From the NCBI RefSeq assembly GCF_009914755.1, contig NC_060932.1: DNA of 64,000 nucleotides; one strand, given 5' to 3'. A model generated the notes under the pieces. That model saw nothing but the letters and a program-made list of their open reading frames with translations, ran no database searches and was not told where the DNA came from. Positions 23,093 through 36,682 of the stretch are shown in pieces. The stretch comes from the human T2T-CHM13v2.0 reference genome, Homo sapiens. The translations under genes were made by a program, and so were the position numbers. Positions within the stretch are counted from its first letter, which is position 1, and each line of letters starts with the position of its first letter.

Positions 23093-26000
23093 CGTCCCGT
23101 GCTGCAGCCACCAGCATGGGATGGGCCTTATGTGTGTGCACCAATCAATCTGCTTCCCATGAGCAGGGGCAGAGAAAGGCCACACTGGCATGATGCTGCT
23201 GTGTCCCTGGGGGGAAGCATGGCTCCGAGCCCCTGCCCAGCCTGTGGGGATGCAGCTTTGGTGAGAGATGCCAGGGAGGGGTGTGGCTGAGCAAGGCCGG
23301 GTCCAGTGCCTTTCAGGGGCCTGGGACGCCCAGCGGCTGGGGCGGGGTGGAAGAGGGGCAGCTGCGAGTCCCTGAGGCTCGGCCTCAGTGTTCCAGGCAC
23401 GCCTCTGTGCACACACGGCCACTGCACTGGGCGTTCCCTGCTGACATCAGAGTCAACTTCCACAACCCCAAAAGCGCGGGCTGGGACACGGTGTTCCCAA
23501 GACAGGCAGAGACCCTGTGGTGCCCCCAGGGCACAGATGGCCTGCATTCTAGGTTTTGGGGGAGGCCCCCGGAGGCAGTGGCAGAAGTGATTTTCCATCT
23601 CATCGCCGACACTCACTACCACTGCCTGGCTTCACAGATAGCTTGCTCCTCCAAGGCCCCGGGTCCTCCTGGGCAGAAGGGTTTTGTAGTCAGTGCTGGT
23701 GCCGAGGATGCGGCTGACAGGAGCCGGCACTCGCGGAGCCACCTGCTATCCACGCCAACCTCACCAGCAACATGTCAGGCCCGCAGACAGAGGAGCTGGT
23801 GGGGGGTGGGGGCATGTTCTCTGGGCTGGGGCTGCTGCCGGGGCTCCCGCCCACTCACTGCTAGACTCAGCAGAGAAGCAGCAGGAGCAGTGATAACTGC
23901 CCATTGGGATGAGCTAAGACACAAAATGTTAATTTGCACCACAGCCAGCGCGGGGGACACACAGACTCCAAGCCTTCAGTGCAGTGGCTGTGCCTCCTGT
24001 GAGAGGGGACCATGGCTCCTAGCACCATGGGCTCATGCGTCCCAGCTTCAAGAGGCTCGGCCAGCAGGGCTGGCAGGTCCTCAGGGCTGCATGCCGAGAG
24101 GTTCCCACTCCCTGACCTCTTTCGAGCGAACGCAGCATTTGTGTGAAGCCTGCTCTTCCTCATTTTAGGCGCCCCTCTCTTTAAGACGCCTGGCACTCAA
24201 ACATCGGCCTGGTCCCACTTCCCTGCAGAAGGGTGAGCTGCCAGCTGGCCCAGCCCACTCGGAGGCACCCCCTGCCGAGGCGCTCACTGATAAGTGAACA
24301 TCATTCACCTCAAACAAAGCGGGAGGCAAAGCCTGAACAGCAGCTCGGGCTCCAGGCAAGCAGCCACAGTTAAGAAACCCCTGAGCCTTCTTTTCTGGAA
24401 AATGGCTCACCACAGAGAACCACTTCCCACAGGCCCTGGGCACGGCCAGCTGGACCCAGTCCTTGGGGAGCACTCTCTGTATAGAAGGGAAAGGACGCTG
24501 AACTCAGATAGCAAGCCTGGGGCCCCTCCCTGCTCCCCAGCCTGAGGCTGGAGGCCAGGGCCCCACTATCCCTCCTGGCGACCGAGCTGGGGATCTCACG
24601 GAACCAACTGAGAGGGCTGCTCAGGGCACAGGCAGCCCCAGAAACCCAGGTCCTGCCACATCAGCCACACGAGCTGCAGGCTACGTACACACCACTGTGC
24701 TGTCTCAGGATGGGGCAGGGTGCACCCTGGCCCTGAGGCCTGCACTAGAGGCCCCAGATGCAAAGGGATGGGCCACTTCTACCAGGCAGCCCCAAGCCCT
24801 CTGCATAGGAGCTTCCTGAAGGGAGCAGGGAGCCTGAGGCACTGCCTGCCTTTGTGTCTCTTCCTCCATCATGGGAGGCCGCCGGGACTTACTGGGGATT
24901 CTCCTTCGTCCTGGCCCAGTGCTGGTCCCAGAACAAACAGAGGACTAAAGAGCTGAACATACCCTGCGGCTGCGAGAGAGCCGGGCAGGCGCAGTGGGGC
25001 TGGGACCTGCAGCTGGGCCTGTCGCTGATGGTGCAGGCAGATCCCAAGGATGGGCCCAGAGAGGGCCCACCACAAGAGACAGAAGAGGGCCTCTCAGGCA
25101 GGCAGCTAGCATGGGTGGGTCCCCCCAGGCACTGTGGGCCCTGGGCCCTGTGCACCTGGGCAGGCCTCGGCTCCTGAGGAGGAAGCTCGGGGCAGGCGCA
25201 GCTCCACTCCCAGGCACACCTAGGAGACTTGCCAGAGATTTGGGCTCCCCCACGGGCCTAGGTGGGAGCCTAGTTCCAGGCAGAAGCCCCGTCCTCAGTC
25301 CTGGGGCGACAGAGAGGCCAAGGCCAGGCCTGAGAAGGGTGGGGCCTGCTCGAGGGGCTGGGACTGCCCCGGATGGAGCCCTCCAGGGCAGCAGCAGTTC
25401 TGGTGCTGTTCTCGGGGGACACGCAGGCCATACCCTGGCACGGCAGCCAGAGGGCGGGAGAGCGGGGAAGACCCAGAACTTAGTAGATGGTTAAATCATG
25501 CAATTATTTTTCAGACTGCTTCTAAAACTAGAACTCATTAAAAGCGCTCATGGAATTTTCTTTCTCTTCTTTCACTGGCACAGCGGAAAAAGCCCCTTGC
25601 ACGAGACATAATAAAACCTTGGTGTGTGTGTGCCTGTGTGTTCCCTTCACTTTCCAGAACGAGAAGTCAAAACATCACTGCATTTTTCTCTATCACACCA
25701 TCTCTTCTTATAATTAGGATCTTGGCAACCATCCACCTACAAAGACGACTATTCCAGTTAATGGAGCCACCAAACCGTATGCATTTATTTGTCCACTCGC
25801 CCATTTATAGCTAGAGATCAGCCAGGTCAGGCACCTTCAGGCTGTGCAATGCCAACCACAGGGCAGGTCTGCTGGGCTCTGCCTGGGGCCTTGGAGCCCC
25901 GCCTGGGCCATCTCCGCATCCCATCCTCCGCCCTCCCGGGCCTGCCAGGTAGCCATGGCAACAGAGCAGGTGGCGTATTCTGAGCTCTGTACCTGGGTCA

Positions 26001-26399
26001 GGTGATGCCCACTCAGGAGCTCCAGCAGGTGAGATGGGCTTGGCGAGGGAAGCCCAGTGCAGACACAGAGGGGCAGGTAGGCAGTGCTGGCAGAAAGCAG
26101 ACACCAGCTCTGGACCAGTGCCCCGGTGAGCCTGCTGCACGCTGGCAGTGGACTGAAGGGCACGCGCCTGTTCCCTCCAACCTCTCCTGCCCAGGGAGAT
26201 GAATTGCTGCTCGCCGCCCGCTGCTCAGGACTGGTGTCCTCAGCTGGGGATTAAGTCACTGGCTCCTGGGGCGCTGGCTCTTTCCATGCCTGGCTCTGGA
26301 CCTGCGGGTGGCCTTGGAGACAAATCCCACCACCCTCATCTCAGAAAGGCCAAGCAAAAGTCGGCTCTCCAGCATCGCGGTGAGGATGGCCTTGTGCTG

Positions 26400-26520
26400 G
26401 AGTAGGGCACCTGGGCTCGAATCCCAGCTCCATGGCGTGTGAGCTGTGTGACCCTGGGCAAGCGATGGGCCTGCTCCAAGCCACCGTCATCTCTGACAAA
26501 ATCAGAACGTAGGAGTGTTC
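26400..26520 (+). mobile_element. MIR fragment
   Basis: cctgggctcgaatcccagctcca...gagctgtgtgaccctgggcaag core. Confidence 0.55.
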
Positions 26521-29500
26521 ACTCTCACAGAGCTCTGGTGTGGGCTGAGACACATATAAATAATGTCAGCAGGGCCTTGTCGTTAAACACAGAGCCTCCA
26601 TGGAGTCCCAGGATAGAAACACACTCACCCAGCCCCCGACCCAGCCCTCCTCCACCCACCCCACCCAGCACTGCCACCCACCCATTTGTTCATTCAGCAG
26701 CCACTGGGTGCCAGGCAGCGTCAGGCCGGTGAGCTGCTGCGAACGCAGACGTGACGGGAACAGGCAACGCCGTTGCCTCCGCGGGCTTACGCTCGAGTGG
26801 CGAGAGATGAATCCTAACGAGAACCCAACAGTGTGTGGGGGGCGAGCGTGGGAGCGGCAGGGGTTAGAGGATACCCCTGGAGTCAGGGCCTGCCAGTGAA
26901 AGGGAGCCAGCGGCTCAGGCGTCAGGCATAGGGTGCTCTGGGCCTCGGGCAATAGGAACCAGGAGCAGGGGTGGCCGGGCCTGCCCAGGGAACTGTGAGG
27001 TGTGGGGTGAGGAATGAGGGAGAGGACAGTCCATTGGGAGTACGGGGTCAGCTGCCTCTCCCGTGGACGGTCACAGCAACGCACGCCCCCCCCGGCCCCC
27101 CACCTGTTTCAAGCAGAATGTGATAGAAGGGACACTGTAGGGTTTCTGAGGCTCGGCTTCCTTCTGGCTCTGCCGGGGTCCTGGCAGCATCCTCCAGGGC
27201 CCAGCCTCCATGCCAGGAGGAAACCAGGCCATGGGAGAGGCCAAGCGTGGAGCTCCAGCCGAGATCCCAGCCTACATCCCAGCCAGTAGCCAGAACACCA
27301 ACACGAGACAGGGGCAGACAAGCCTTCCCGAGAGTCTCCACCCTTGGCTCTCCGAGCTAGTGGACAGGGAAAGCAGTCTCAGCTTTGCCCCGTTGGAAGT
27401 TCTGACCCACAGAACCCACGAGCTTCCCCCGTGGAAGCGAGGCGAGGGCCGGAGAGGAATGGAGGAGTGCCGAGAACCAGTGGTGGGAAGGCAGGTGCGG
27501 CACCCTTTCTCATGGGAATTTTGAAGATGGGCATGACTGCAATGTGCTTGCTGATGGGCAGAATTGGACGAGGGAGACGTGAGGGTCCAAGATGGGCCTG
27601 TGGAGGTGGTGGGTGGCGGGCACAGACAGGGCGGGAGCCACAGGCTAGCTGTGGTGCAAGCAGCTCACCCACCGCCCCTGGAGAAGAGGCCGGCCAGACC
27701 CCAGGAGGCTGTCGATGAGCTCTTCTAAGGGCTTATTTCCCCTTGGAATGAGAAGCAAGGTCAAGGTCAAGGTCACCAGTGGGGTGAGGACAGGGAAGGA
27801 GAGCAGACATGAAACAAATCACAGGAAGACTGTCCCGAGCCCCCAGAACGCCACCTAAGCCCCAAAGCGCATTGAGCATGGAGCCCTACTCCAGGCTGCA
27901 CCAGACCCACCAAGGGCCTTTCAGAGCCCCAAACAGTTCCCAGCCCTATCCCAGACCAACGCGGGCAGAACACATTTCACCAGGTGCCCCGCCAGTGTGG
28001 ATCTACAGCCCCGCACCACCACAAAAGCACAACCCTGTCAGTCGGGCTCTTCACGGGGTGGCAAGCTCCACCTCCCCCACACTCAGCACATAGAAAGTGG
28101 GGGGGCCACGTGTCAGACCACGGCTCGCCTTTCCTGCCCCAGAAAGCTCCAGGACCCCACATGAAGAAATCCCAGGACTCCGGAACCTCCTAGGCTTGAG
28201 TGCTTTCCTTCCTCAGGAGTCCCCAAGAAAACGCAAACCCCTCCCTCGAGCAGCCGCACCGCAGGCCATCAGCAGCATCTGCTGCCGTTCTCAGTGGCAC
28301 CGACACCCCAGCTGGCAGCAGTGCAAGGCTAACCCCTTAGCGTACAGTGAGCTGCTGAGCCAACAGCAAAGCCCAGGGTTCACCTGCTCACCCCAGAGCT
28401 TGGCCGCATTCCCGAGGCAGAGGGCCGGGACGCTTGAAGGAGGGAGGGGCAGGTGGAGATCCCAGCGTGGCAGGAGGGTGGGTGTGGGGCACGTGGACAG
28501 CCACGGCCACACCTCCTGGCGCGGGTTCTTCCCAGGCCTGAGTTCTCGCCAGGCAGTTACACTCCACCGTGGCACTTTCACCCTGAGGCCAGCAGAGGCT
28601 GGTGTCATTGTGCCCATTTTACAGATAAGTAAACCGAGGCTCCAGGAGAGACCTGCCCAGGGTCACATGGCCCAGTGGTATGGCTGTGCCTGAGCCTGGG
28701 ATCCTGGACCAGCACCTACTTCTCCTTGTCTAGAAGACACCTGAGGCCTGCAGGCTTCCCTCCGCAGGGGACAAGGAAGCTTCCTGGAGACCTGGCTGTC
28801 ATCCCTCCCACCAGCCTGGCTGCCAGACAGCTCTGGCCACCTCGGATCGAGGGTCATCTCCTGCTAACTGGGTGCTATTGGTGTTCAGACGCCACCTGTT
28901 GGCTCTGCCCTGGAGCATCTGCATCTACCCACACACTGCAGGGATGCATTTCAGCCCCATGGGGCCCTCAGCAAGCAGGAAGTGGGGCTGCAGTGGGGGC
29001 GGGAGAGGAGGGGCCACACTGGCCCAGCCTTGGCACTAAGCTTCCCCTGGCCACCACAGCCACCCTATTCTTTATCTTGGTCAAATAAAAAAGGTTACCT
29101 AGGCCCCACCTGGAGGGGCAGGGACAGGGGCAGGGGCAGCTGGGACAGGGGCAGGGGCAGCCCACCCAGGGGCCACGAGGAGAGGGAGTAAGGGAGCCCA
29201 GGGAGGGGAGGAAAGAGCAAACTGCTTCAGGGTCTGCAGAGGGCTGGGACCCCCTGCGGACCTCAGAGGATGCAGAGTGGCCAGAGGGAAGGTGGAGGGC
29301 GGTGTGAGGAAGGGCACCAGAGGTGAGACGCAGCAAAGGCCAAGAGGGTGCCCAGGGCCCCTGGGAGAATCGAAGGGCATGAGTTTGCAGGGACGAGGCA
29401 GGGATCAATCACCTCGCTAACACCTGGGGAAACAGCAAGGGCCCAAACACCAGGCTGAGGGCTGTCCTTTGTCCTTCACGCCCTCACCCACAGCATCACT

Positions 29501-31104
29501 CGGACTAGTTTGCAAAGCACTTTGCAGTCACTATCTCAAGGGCCTTCTCATTCCCAACCATCTGGCAGGAGTCGGAGACCAGGGCTCAGAGAGTGACCTG
29601 GGAGGCACCGGGCATGGTTCTGGCCTGGGCTCCTGGCGGCAGCTGGCGGCCCTGCTGTGTGGCCGTGGGCACCCTGCCTCCTCTGGGATTCCCACAGCTC
29701 AGTGCAGAGGGTGGAGGCAGCTGTCCTGGAAGCCAGCTCTCTCCTGGCCAAGGCCAAGAGGAGATGGGGCCGGTCAGCAGGGTCCATACAGGGCCGGCAC
29801 AGCTGCAGGAGCTCGGAGGGCCTGGCTGGACAGGCAGACAGCTGAGAGTCAGCAGACAGCCCTACAGAGGAGCTGCTGCTGCAGGGACGGGCAGTGGCTC
29901 CTGGACACGACCTAATTAGATGCTCAGACACCTCCTCGCCCATGCCAGGGCTTGCACTGCTGCTCAGACACAATTGAAGCTCACACTCCCGGTGATGAGA
30001 TGGGAATGGCCTCTCCATCTTCTCCCCCATCCAGACAGAGCCACTGGCCAGGAGGCTGCCAGCCGCCAGCACTCACCTCCGCGGCACCTGGATACCCAAC
30101 ACCCGGAGTCCTGGGAGGCTCGGGGCTCCAGCCCGGACCAGCACCAGGGGCTACCCAAGGCTGGAAGGCCAGAGACAGGCTACCTCTCAGCTCAGGCAGG
30201 GAGGGGAGCCCCAGGGAGGGGAGTGAGTACACAGTGGAGACAGGCAATGTTCCGGGACCCCTCGAGCCTTCTCCCACCCGAGCAACCCATAAGCAGACTC
30301 AGCTCCCACATGTGACTGGCACAACCCCTCCCGCTACGACCCTCCTCTGGGAGATGGTGGGCAGCCCCAGGTGAAAAGTTCAAATTCCAGGGCTGCCAGA
30401 CCCTGCACCCTCCAGAGACAGATGGCACTTGGGTCGGAGTCAGACTGCCTGGGTTCCAGCCCTGTGGCCTCCCCCACTGGGAAGTGGGCATGGTGTCCTC
30501 CCTGGAGGGAGCTTGTGCACTGAGCCGGCCCCAGGTCCTGCTCACTCTTGGGTGGCCGCTCTGCTCCTCTAACACCCCTGTGTATGCAGCTGGAGCGGGC
30601 CTGTCTGGCGGAGAGTCCCAGCACCATGGAGAGGGCCAGGGCCCCATGCAGGCCAAAGACGGCTGCCCTGCGGCCAGTGAACAGGCCACAGAACACATAG
30701 GGGGCAGGCCCCCGTCACTGGCAGCCCTCAGCCTCCACTGGCCGCTGGGTGGCTCCACTTCTGCTCTCAGAGGAACTTTAGTGTATTTATCAACTCCATT
30801 CCTGCACAGCAGAGAAAAAGGAAGATGCCCAACATAAACCAGTAAAGAGAAACGTGGCCTGGTGTGCTTCCAGCTGGGCCGTCCATTGCCCAGACTCAGG
30901 CTGGGAATGCTCTGGGGCTGGCCTAGCCTCTGCCTGCACCTCCAACCCCCTGCACTCACCACACAGCCCTGCAGCATGGCTCTGCAGGACACCCTGTGCG
31001 CAGGGATGAGATGCTACCTGTGGGACCTGCGTCCATCCTGGGTGCCGGCAGTGAGGGCTCAGGACAGGCCTAGCACTGGGGGCTGGCTATCATCAGGGAT
31101 GGGC

Positions 31105-31595
31105 CGGCCACTGTCATGGGAGGGGGGAGGTCACTCATGGGAGAGAGGCAGTCACTGTCACGGGGGAGGGGGTGATGACTGTCATGGGGGAAGGGTGGTC
31201 ATTGTGGGGGAGGGGGTGGTCACTCATGGGGGAGGGAGTGGTCACTGTGGAAGAGGAAGGTGGTCACTGTCATGGGGGGGTGGTCACTACCATGGGAGAG
31301 GGGGTGGTGATGGTCATGGGGGAGGGAGTGGTCACTGTCACGGGGGAGGGGGCAGTGATGGTCATGGGGGAGGGGGTGGTCACTGTCATGGGGGAGGGGG
31401 CAGTGATGGTCATGGGGGAGGGGGTGGTGACTGTCATGGGGGAGGCGGTGGTCACTCATGGGGGAAGGGTGGTCACTGTCATGGGGGAGGGGTGGTCACT
31501 GTCATGGAGGAGAGGTGGTCACTGTCATGGGGGAGGGGCGGTCACTGTCATGGGGGAGAGGTGGTCACTGTGGGGGAAGGGCAGTCACTGTCTTT
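31105..31595 (+). repeat. G-rich ~21-24-bp tandem repeat (ggtcactgtcatgggggaggggg)
   Basis: About 20 imperfect units with G4-G5 runs. Confidence 0.92.
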
Positions 31596-34500
31596 GGGGG
31601 CACTGGCCAGTTTGACACGTCGGTTCCACAAGTACTGGCAAGTCGCTGTGGAGCCCACTACTCCAGGCTCTGGGGATGGGGCTGACCCCAGGCAAGCAAG
31701 GGCCGCTCACCTTCTGTCAGGGCAGGGACCAACCAGAGACTCCCCGTGGGAGGCGGACAGGGGGCTAGGGCAGTCGAGGGCAGTGGGGAGGGCCTCCCTG
31801 AGGAGGGCACGCCGTGGAAGCAGCAATGCTCAGATCAGGGCAGGGTGCTCAGGGGCACATGGAAGCCAGCAGGGGTCCTCAGGGTGGGTCTCGGCGGTCC
31901 CCACAGGCTCCCCAGGACGGGGCAGGACACCCTCCCTCAGAATCCGACTGCACCAGGCCTGGGCGGGGGCAAGGTCACTGCCCAGAACGGAGGCTGGCCT
32001 GCTCTCCACTGTCTCCCGTGGGTGGCCTCTCAAGCCAGCCTCATGGCACCCCCTGGGTCCTCTGACAGGCTGTCACTTCCACACGGCCCGCTACACTCTG
32101 CCTACGGCCACACGGGCTGTCCCAGCTGGCAAGTCCCTGAGGACAGAGAGCGACCTTCCACCTGCCCACTTCACAGATGAAATGAATGAGGCAAATCGGG
32201 GTTCAAGGTCACCCAACCAGTGAGCGGACACGGGCCTAAAGCCAGGACAGCATGTCCCCAGCCTGGCCCTTTGTTTTGTCCCAAGGATGATGCTGGGAAG
32301 GAGGACAAAGGAAAGGGATGCTGGGCGTGGCCATCTGTCCCAGTGGACAGGAGCCCCCAACACAACCCCGATCTGCACCCTGCCTGACAGCAGCCACGGA
32401 CACTCGAGGAGACCAAGAGCAAGGCGGAAAGTGGGCACCAGGAATCGCGCAACACTGGCCCACTACTGTGATACTGCTTCCCCTCCCTGGGCCTCAGCTG
32501 GCCCGTGTGTTCACACCCCACTAGCCACCTAGTAAGTCATTGAAGGCTGGCCACAAAGGGGGCTCTCTCTCAGACCTCAAGTCTGCCCTAGGGGACTTCT
32601 GAACCTATAAAATCTTGCAAATCCCAAAGCCCCCAGTGAATGTGGGAGGAGAGATGAGGGGATGAGGGTGCCGGCTCCACAGGAAAGGGCTACAGCCAGC
32701 CGAGGTGCGTAACACAGCTCCACAAAACCCTGCCGCCCACCCCCCGAGCCCTGCGCAGGCTGCAAAGATGGCTGCAGAGCAATCGGGCCAGCAGGGCCTG
32801 GCACGTGCGACCTCCGCTGCGTCACAGCCTCTCATGCGTCACGCTGGAGTTACTGTCACCGGGACCTGCTGCAGACCGTGGGGAGGGCTTCCTAAAGGCT
32901 AATGACAATTTGCGTTTTGTTTTTCCCGTTTTCAGAGACCAAAGGGAGGGAGTGATGCAGTGAGGTGTACAGACGCCTTCCAAGAACGACTCCCACCCCG
33001 CCGCCCTCCGTCCCGCGCCTGCTGTTGCTGGCATGAAGATCCACATCCTCTGCGTCACCCCCATGCTGCAGACAAAGAAAGTGAGGCTAGAAGGGCCAGG
33101 CTGGCCATGGGGCCTGCCCACTCTGCACCACTCCCAGCCCCCCTGCTACCCCCCGTCCGCACAGTGCTGAGCTGTGAGGGTCCCCGAGGGCCACAGGCAG
33201 AGCCCAGGCCACCTGGGTCCTCTGGTCTAGATGCAAGCCCAGGCCCGAGTGAGTTCAGTTCAGCCCAGAGCCCCAGCTTTCCTCCCGCCCTGGCCCAGGC
33301 CTCTCCATCTCTGAGCTGGACGACTGCAGTGGCCTCCACGTGGGGCGCCCTTGCCCTGGGAAAGGCCGCTGCTCAGCCCACACTCACCACACAGAGTGCC
33401 AGAGGGAACCCGGGGCCAGGACTGCCGGTTGGAGAGGCCCTCACACAGAGGATCGCGGACGGGGCAGCCAGCCCCAGCCTCCACTCCTCTGAACCCCATC
33501 CTGGGGTGGCTGCACCGGGCACGAGCCCTCACCAGGCCCTGGGAGCAGGACTCCCAGGCCAGGACAGTGAGAAGCCAGCCCCTCAGGTGAAGGTGCCACG
33601 CCGGAACCCCGAGACCCGTGCCACAGATGCTGCTGAGTGAGCGCCAGGAGGCTGGAGGTGGGCCAGGAGCCAAGCCTCTCCCTGGACGCTGCCCTCTAAC
33701 GGCCTCCTCATGCCCGCAGCCCTCTGTGGGGGTTTGGGCTTTTTGGCAGAATGAGCTTCTGTGAGCGACCTCCACTCCTTGGACTTAATCAATAAGCAGC
33801 GCCTCCTCTCTCCTCACGACACTCTATGCCCCACAGGGAGGGCTGAGCCTGAGCCGCCCGAGGGGCTGTGACTGGAACTTCCCAGGAGGATCTCAATTCC
33901 AGCACAAAGGGGAAGCGGTCCGTCTGCCTCTCTAGCTGTGAAGCCTTCAGGGCAGTGCTCCTGGAGGAGCTCACGAGCACCCGTTTCTCCACTCCTCTGG
34001 GAACAGTGGGCCTCGTGCACCAGCAGGAAGGGATGGAAACCATCTCTGTGCTTCGGGTGGTTCTCTGGAGCATCTCAGCAGCAGCAAAGGGCTCGTTCAG
34101 CCCCAGAGAGAAGCCCCCGAAGCAGCCTCCAGCCAGGGCCACAGGCCCAGAGCTGGTGCCTTCCTCTCCAGGGAGCCCGAGGACAGGAAAGGGTGAAGGG
34201 GATGACACCTCACAGAGGAGGCGGGGGCCCCAAACACAGGTCTTGAGAAATGGGCGCTCCTCCACCAGGTCAAAGTAGGGGGTTGCCACAGCAGAGGCAG
34301 GGAGGTGGGGGCCACAGAACTAAGGGGCAAGGGAGAAGGGGCTGAGCCCCAGCACTGTGGGGTATTCCCTTCCTTCGAGAGTGGAAGACCTGCTCCCTGG
34401 GAGAGCAGAACCAGCCACAGGTACTAACCCAGTGACTTAGCTGAATTACTGCCAGGCCTCTGCTTTTCTAGAAGAGTCAGCTCTTAGCAGACATTTGCTC

Positions 34501-34694
34501 TGGAAACCCAGCCTCTGGGAGCTTCAGAGTGGGCAGGCCCTAGCGCCTTCTGCAGATGAGGTGGCCAGAGGAAGGGAAGGACGTTCAAGGTCACACGCAG
34601 AGGCTCGGATCCCACCGCCAACAGAGCGTGTCCCCCCCACGCTGCCTGATTGATGTGTTCTATGTACACTCAGGCATCAAGAGAGAAGAGGCTC

Positions 34695-34892
34695 ACTCAC
34701 ATATGCATGCACTTACACATGCATGCACACACACGCACTCACGCACGCACGCATACTTGCATGCACACACGCACTCACATGCATCACACGCATGCACACA
34801 CACGCACTCACGCACGCACTCACATGCACGCACACACGTGCACACACACATGCATACGTGCATGCACTCACACACACATACATACACACATG
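34695..34892 (+). repeat. (CA/CG/TG)n alternating purine-pyrimidine repeat
   Basis: cacacacgcactcacgcacgcac... tract. Confidence 0.9.
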
Positions 34893-35465
34893 CTCAGACT
34901 CAGGTGCCTCTTGGGATACTCTGTTTTAGCAACTGTCTTAAGAGATTAACCATAGGCTAGAGACACATTTGGCAGCAGGTATTATACATGTGTAAACTTT
35001 AAAGAAATGAAAAATAAGCATTATACATGTGTAAAAAATAAGTATTATACATGTGTAAACTTTAAAGAAACGAAAAATAAGCAGCATCCAATGCCCACAC
35101 TCTACAGTTGTACCCCGACAGCTCACCCCACCACCTGCTGGTAGCACCACCAAATTGCAGGTTCGGTTCTGAGCAATTTATTCAACCTTTCAAAAAAAAG
35201 TTACTGGGAACTGCATTAAGCACCAAATCATCTTCATTAGAGCTAAACAGCCTCCTGGAAGTCTAACCACACAGCAAATGAAATGGCCATGGTGACTGAG
35301 AGGCTACCCCAGCATAGACCCCAGCTCCTGGCCAGAGGGCTGTGCCCTATTAGGGAAACCCAGGAAGGAGGGGATGGGGATGGGGCTCCCAGACTCCCGT
35401 CTCTCCCTTATTGGACCAGATGGCCAGAGAGAGGTGGTTAGAATGGGCAAGGCCATGGAGGCCTA

Positions 35466-35786
<321 letters not shown>

Positions 35787-36159
35787 TTACCACCACAACC
35801 CAGGCCCAGAAATTCAACAAAATGGTGCTTTTCCCTTCACTATCCCCATCTGCTCTCTGAGGGGACGATCTGGGTCTGAGGCGGGGGCCTTCTGCGGCCA
35901 CGAGCCTGTCACTGGGCATCAATCTGGGCCTCCCAGGCGCCGGTCACCTGGGAAAGACCACAGACGTCAGTCCCCAGTGTCATCAGCCCCCCCGCATCAG
36001 GTCCCAAGTGGGGGTGTAGGGGCCCGGGAGCACCCAGCAGAGGGGAGGGTGGGCAGGAGGCAGGAAGGGTCCATGCTGCGGCCGCCCCCTCCAGGTGCAC
36101 ACGTTCATACCGAACTGAAAACGCGACAACAGCGGTGATCCCACCCCACAGCCCTTCCT

Positions 36160-36682
36160 CCCCTCCCGTCAGGAGCCCGGCCACAGTGCCCCCCACCTTC
36201 CCTGCCCATGCCAGCAGGCCTTCCTTCACCTCCCGCCAGGAGCCTGGCCACAGTGCCCCCCACTTGCCCTGCCCATGCCAGCGGGCCTTCCTTCCCCTCC
36301 CGTCAGGAGCCCGGCCACAGTGCCCCCCACCTGCCCTGCCCATGCCAGCGGGCCTTCCTTCCCCTCCCGTCAGGAGCCCGCAGTGCCCCCACCTGCCCTG
36401 CCCATGCCAGCGGGCCTTCCTTCCCCTCCCGTCAGGAGCCCGCAGTGCCCCCACCTGCCCTGCCCATGCCAGCAGGCCTTCCTTCCCCTCCCGTCAGGAG
36501 CCCGGCCACAGTGCCCCCCACCTGCCCTGCCCATGCCAGCGGGCCTTCCTTCCCCTCCCGTCAGGAGCCCACAGTGCCCCCACCTGCCCTGCCCATGCCA
36601 GCGGGCCTTCCTTCCCCTCCCGTCAGGAGCCCGGCCACAGTGCCCCCCACCTGCCCTGCCCATGCCAGCGGGCCTTCCTTCA
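36160..36682 (+). repeat. ~61-67-bp VNTR, ~8 copies
   Basis: Unit ccctcccgtcaggagcccg(gcca)cagtgccccccacctgccctgcccatgccagcgggccttccttc. Confidence 0.95.

Noticed and set aside
30862-32223. 453-aa Gly/His-rich ORF
   Set aside because: Its length comes from the G-rich tandem repeat; the rest is low-information GC-rich sequence.
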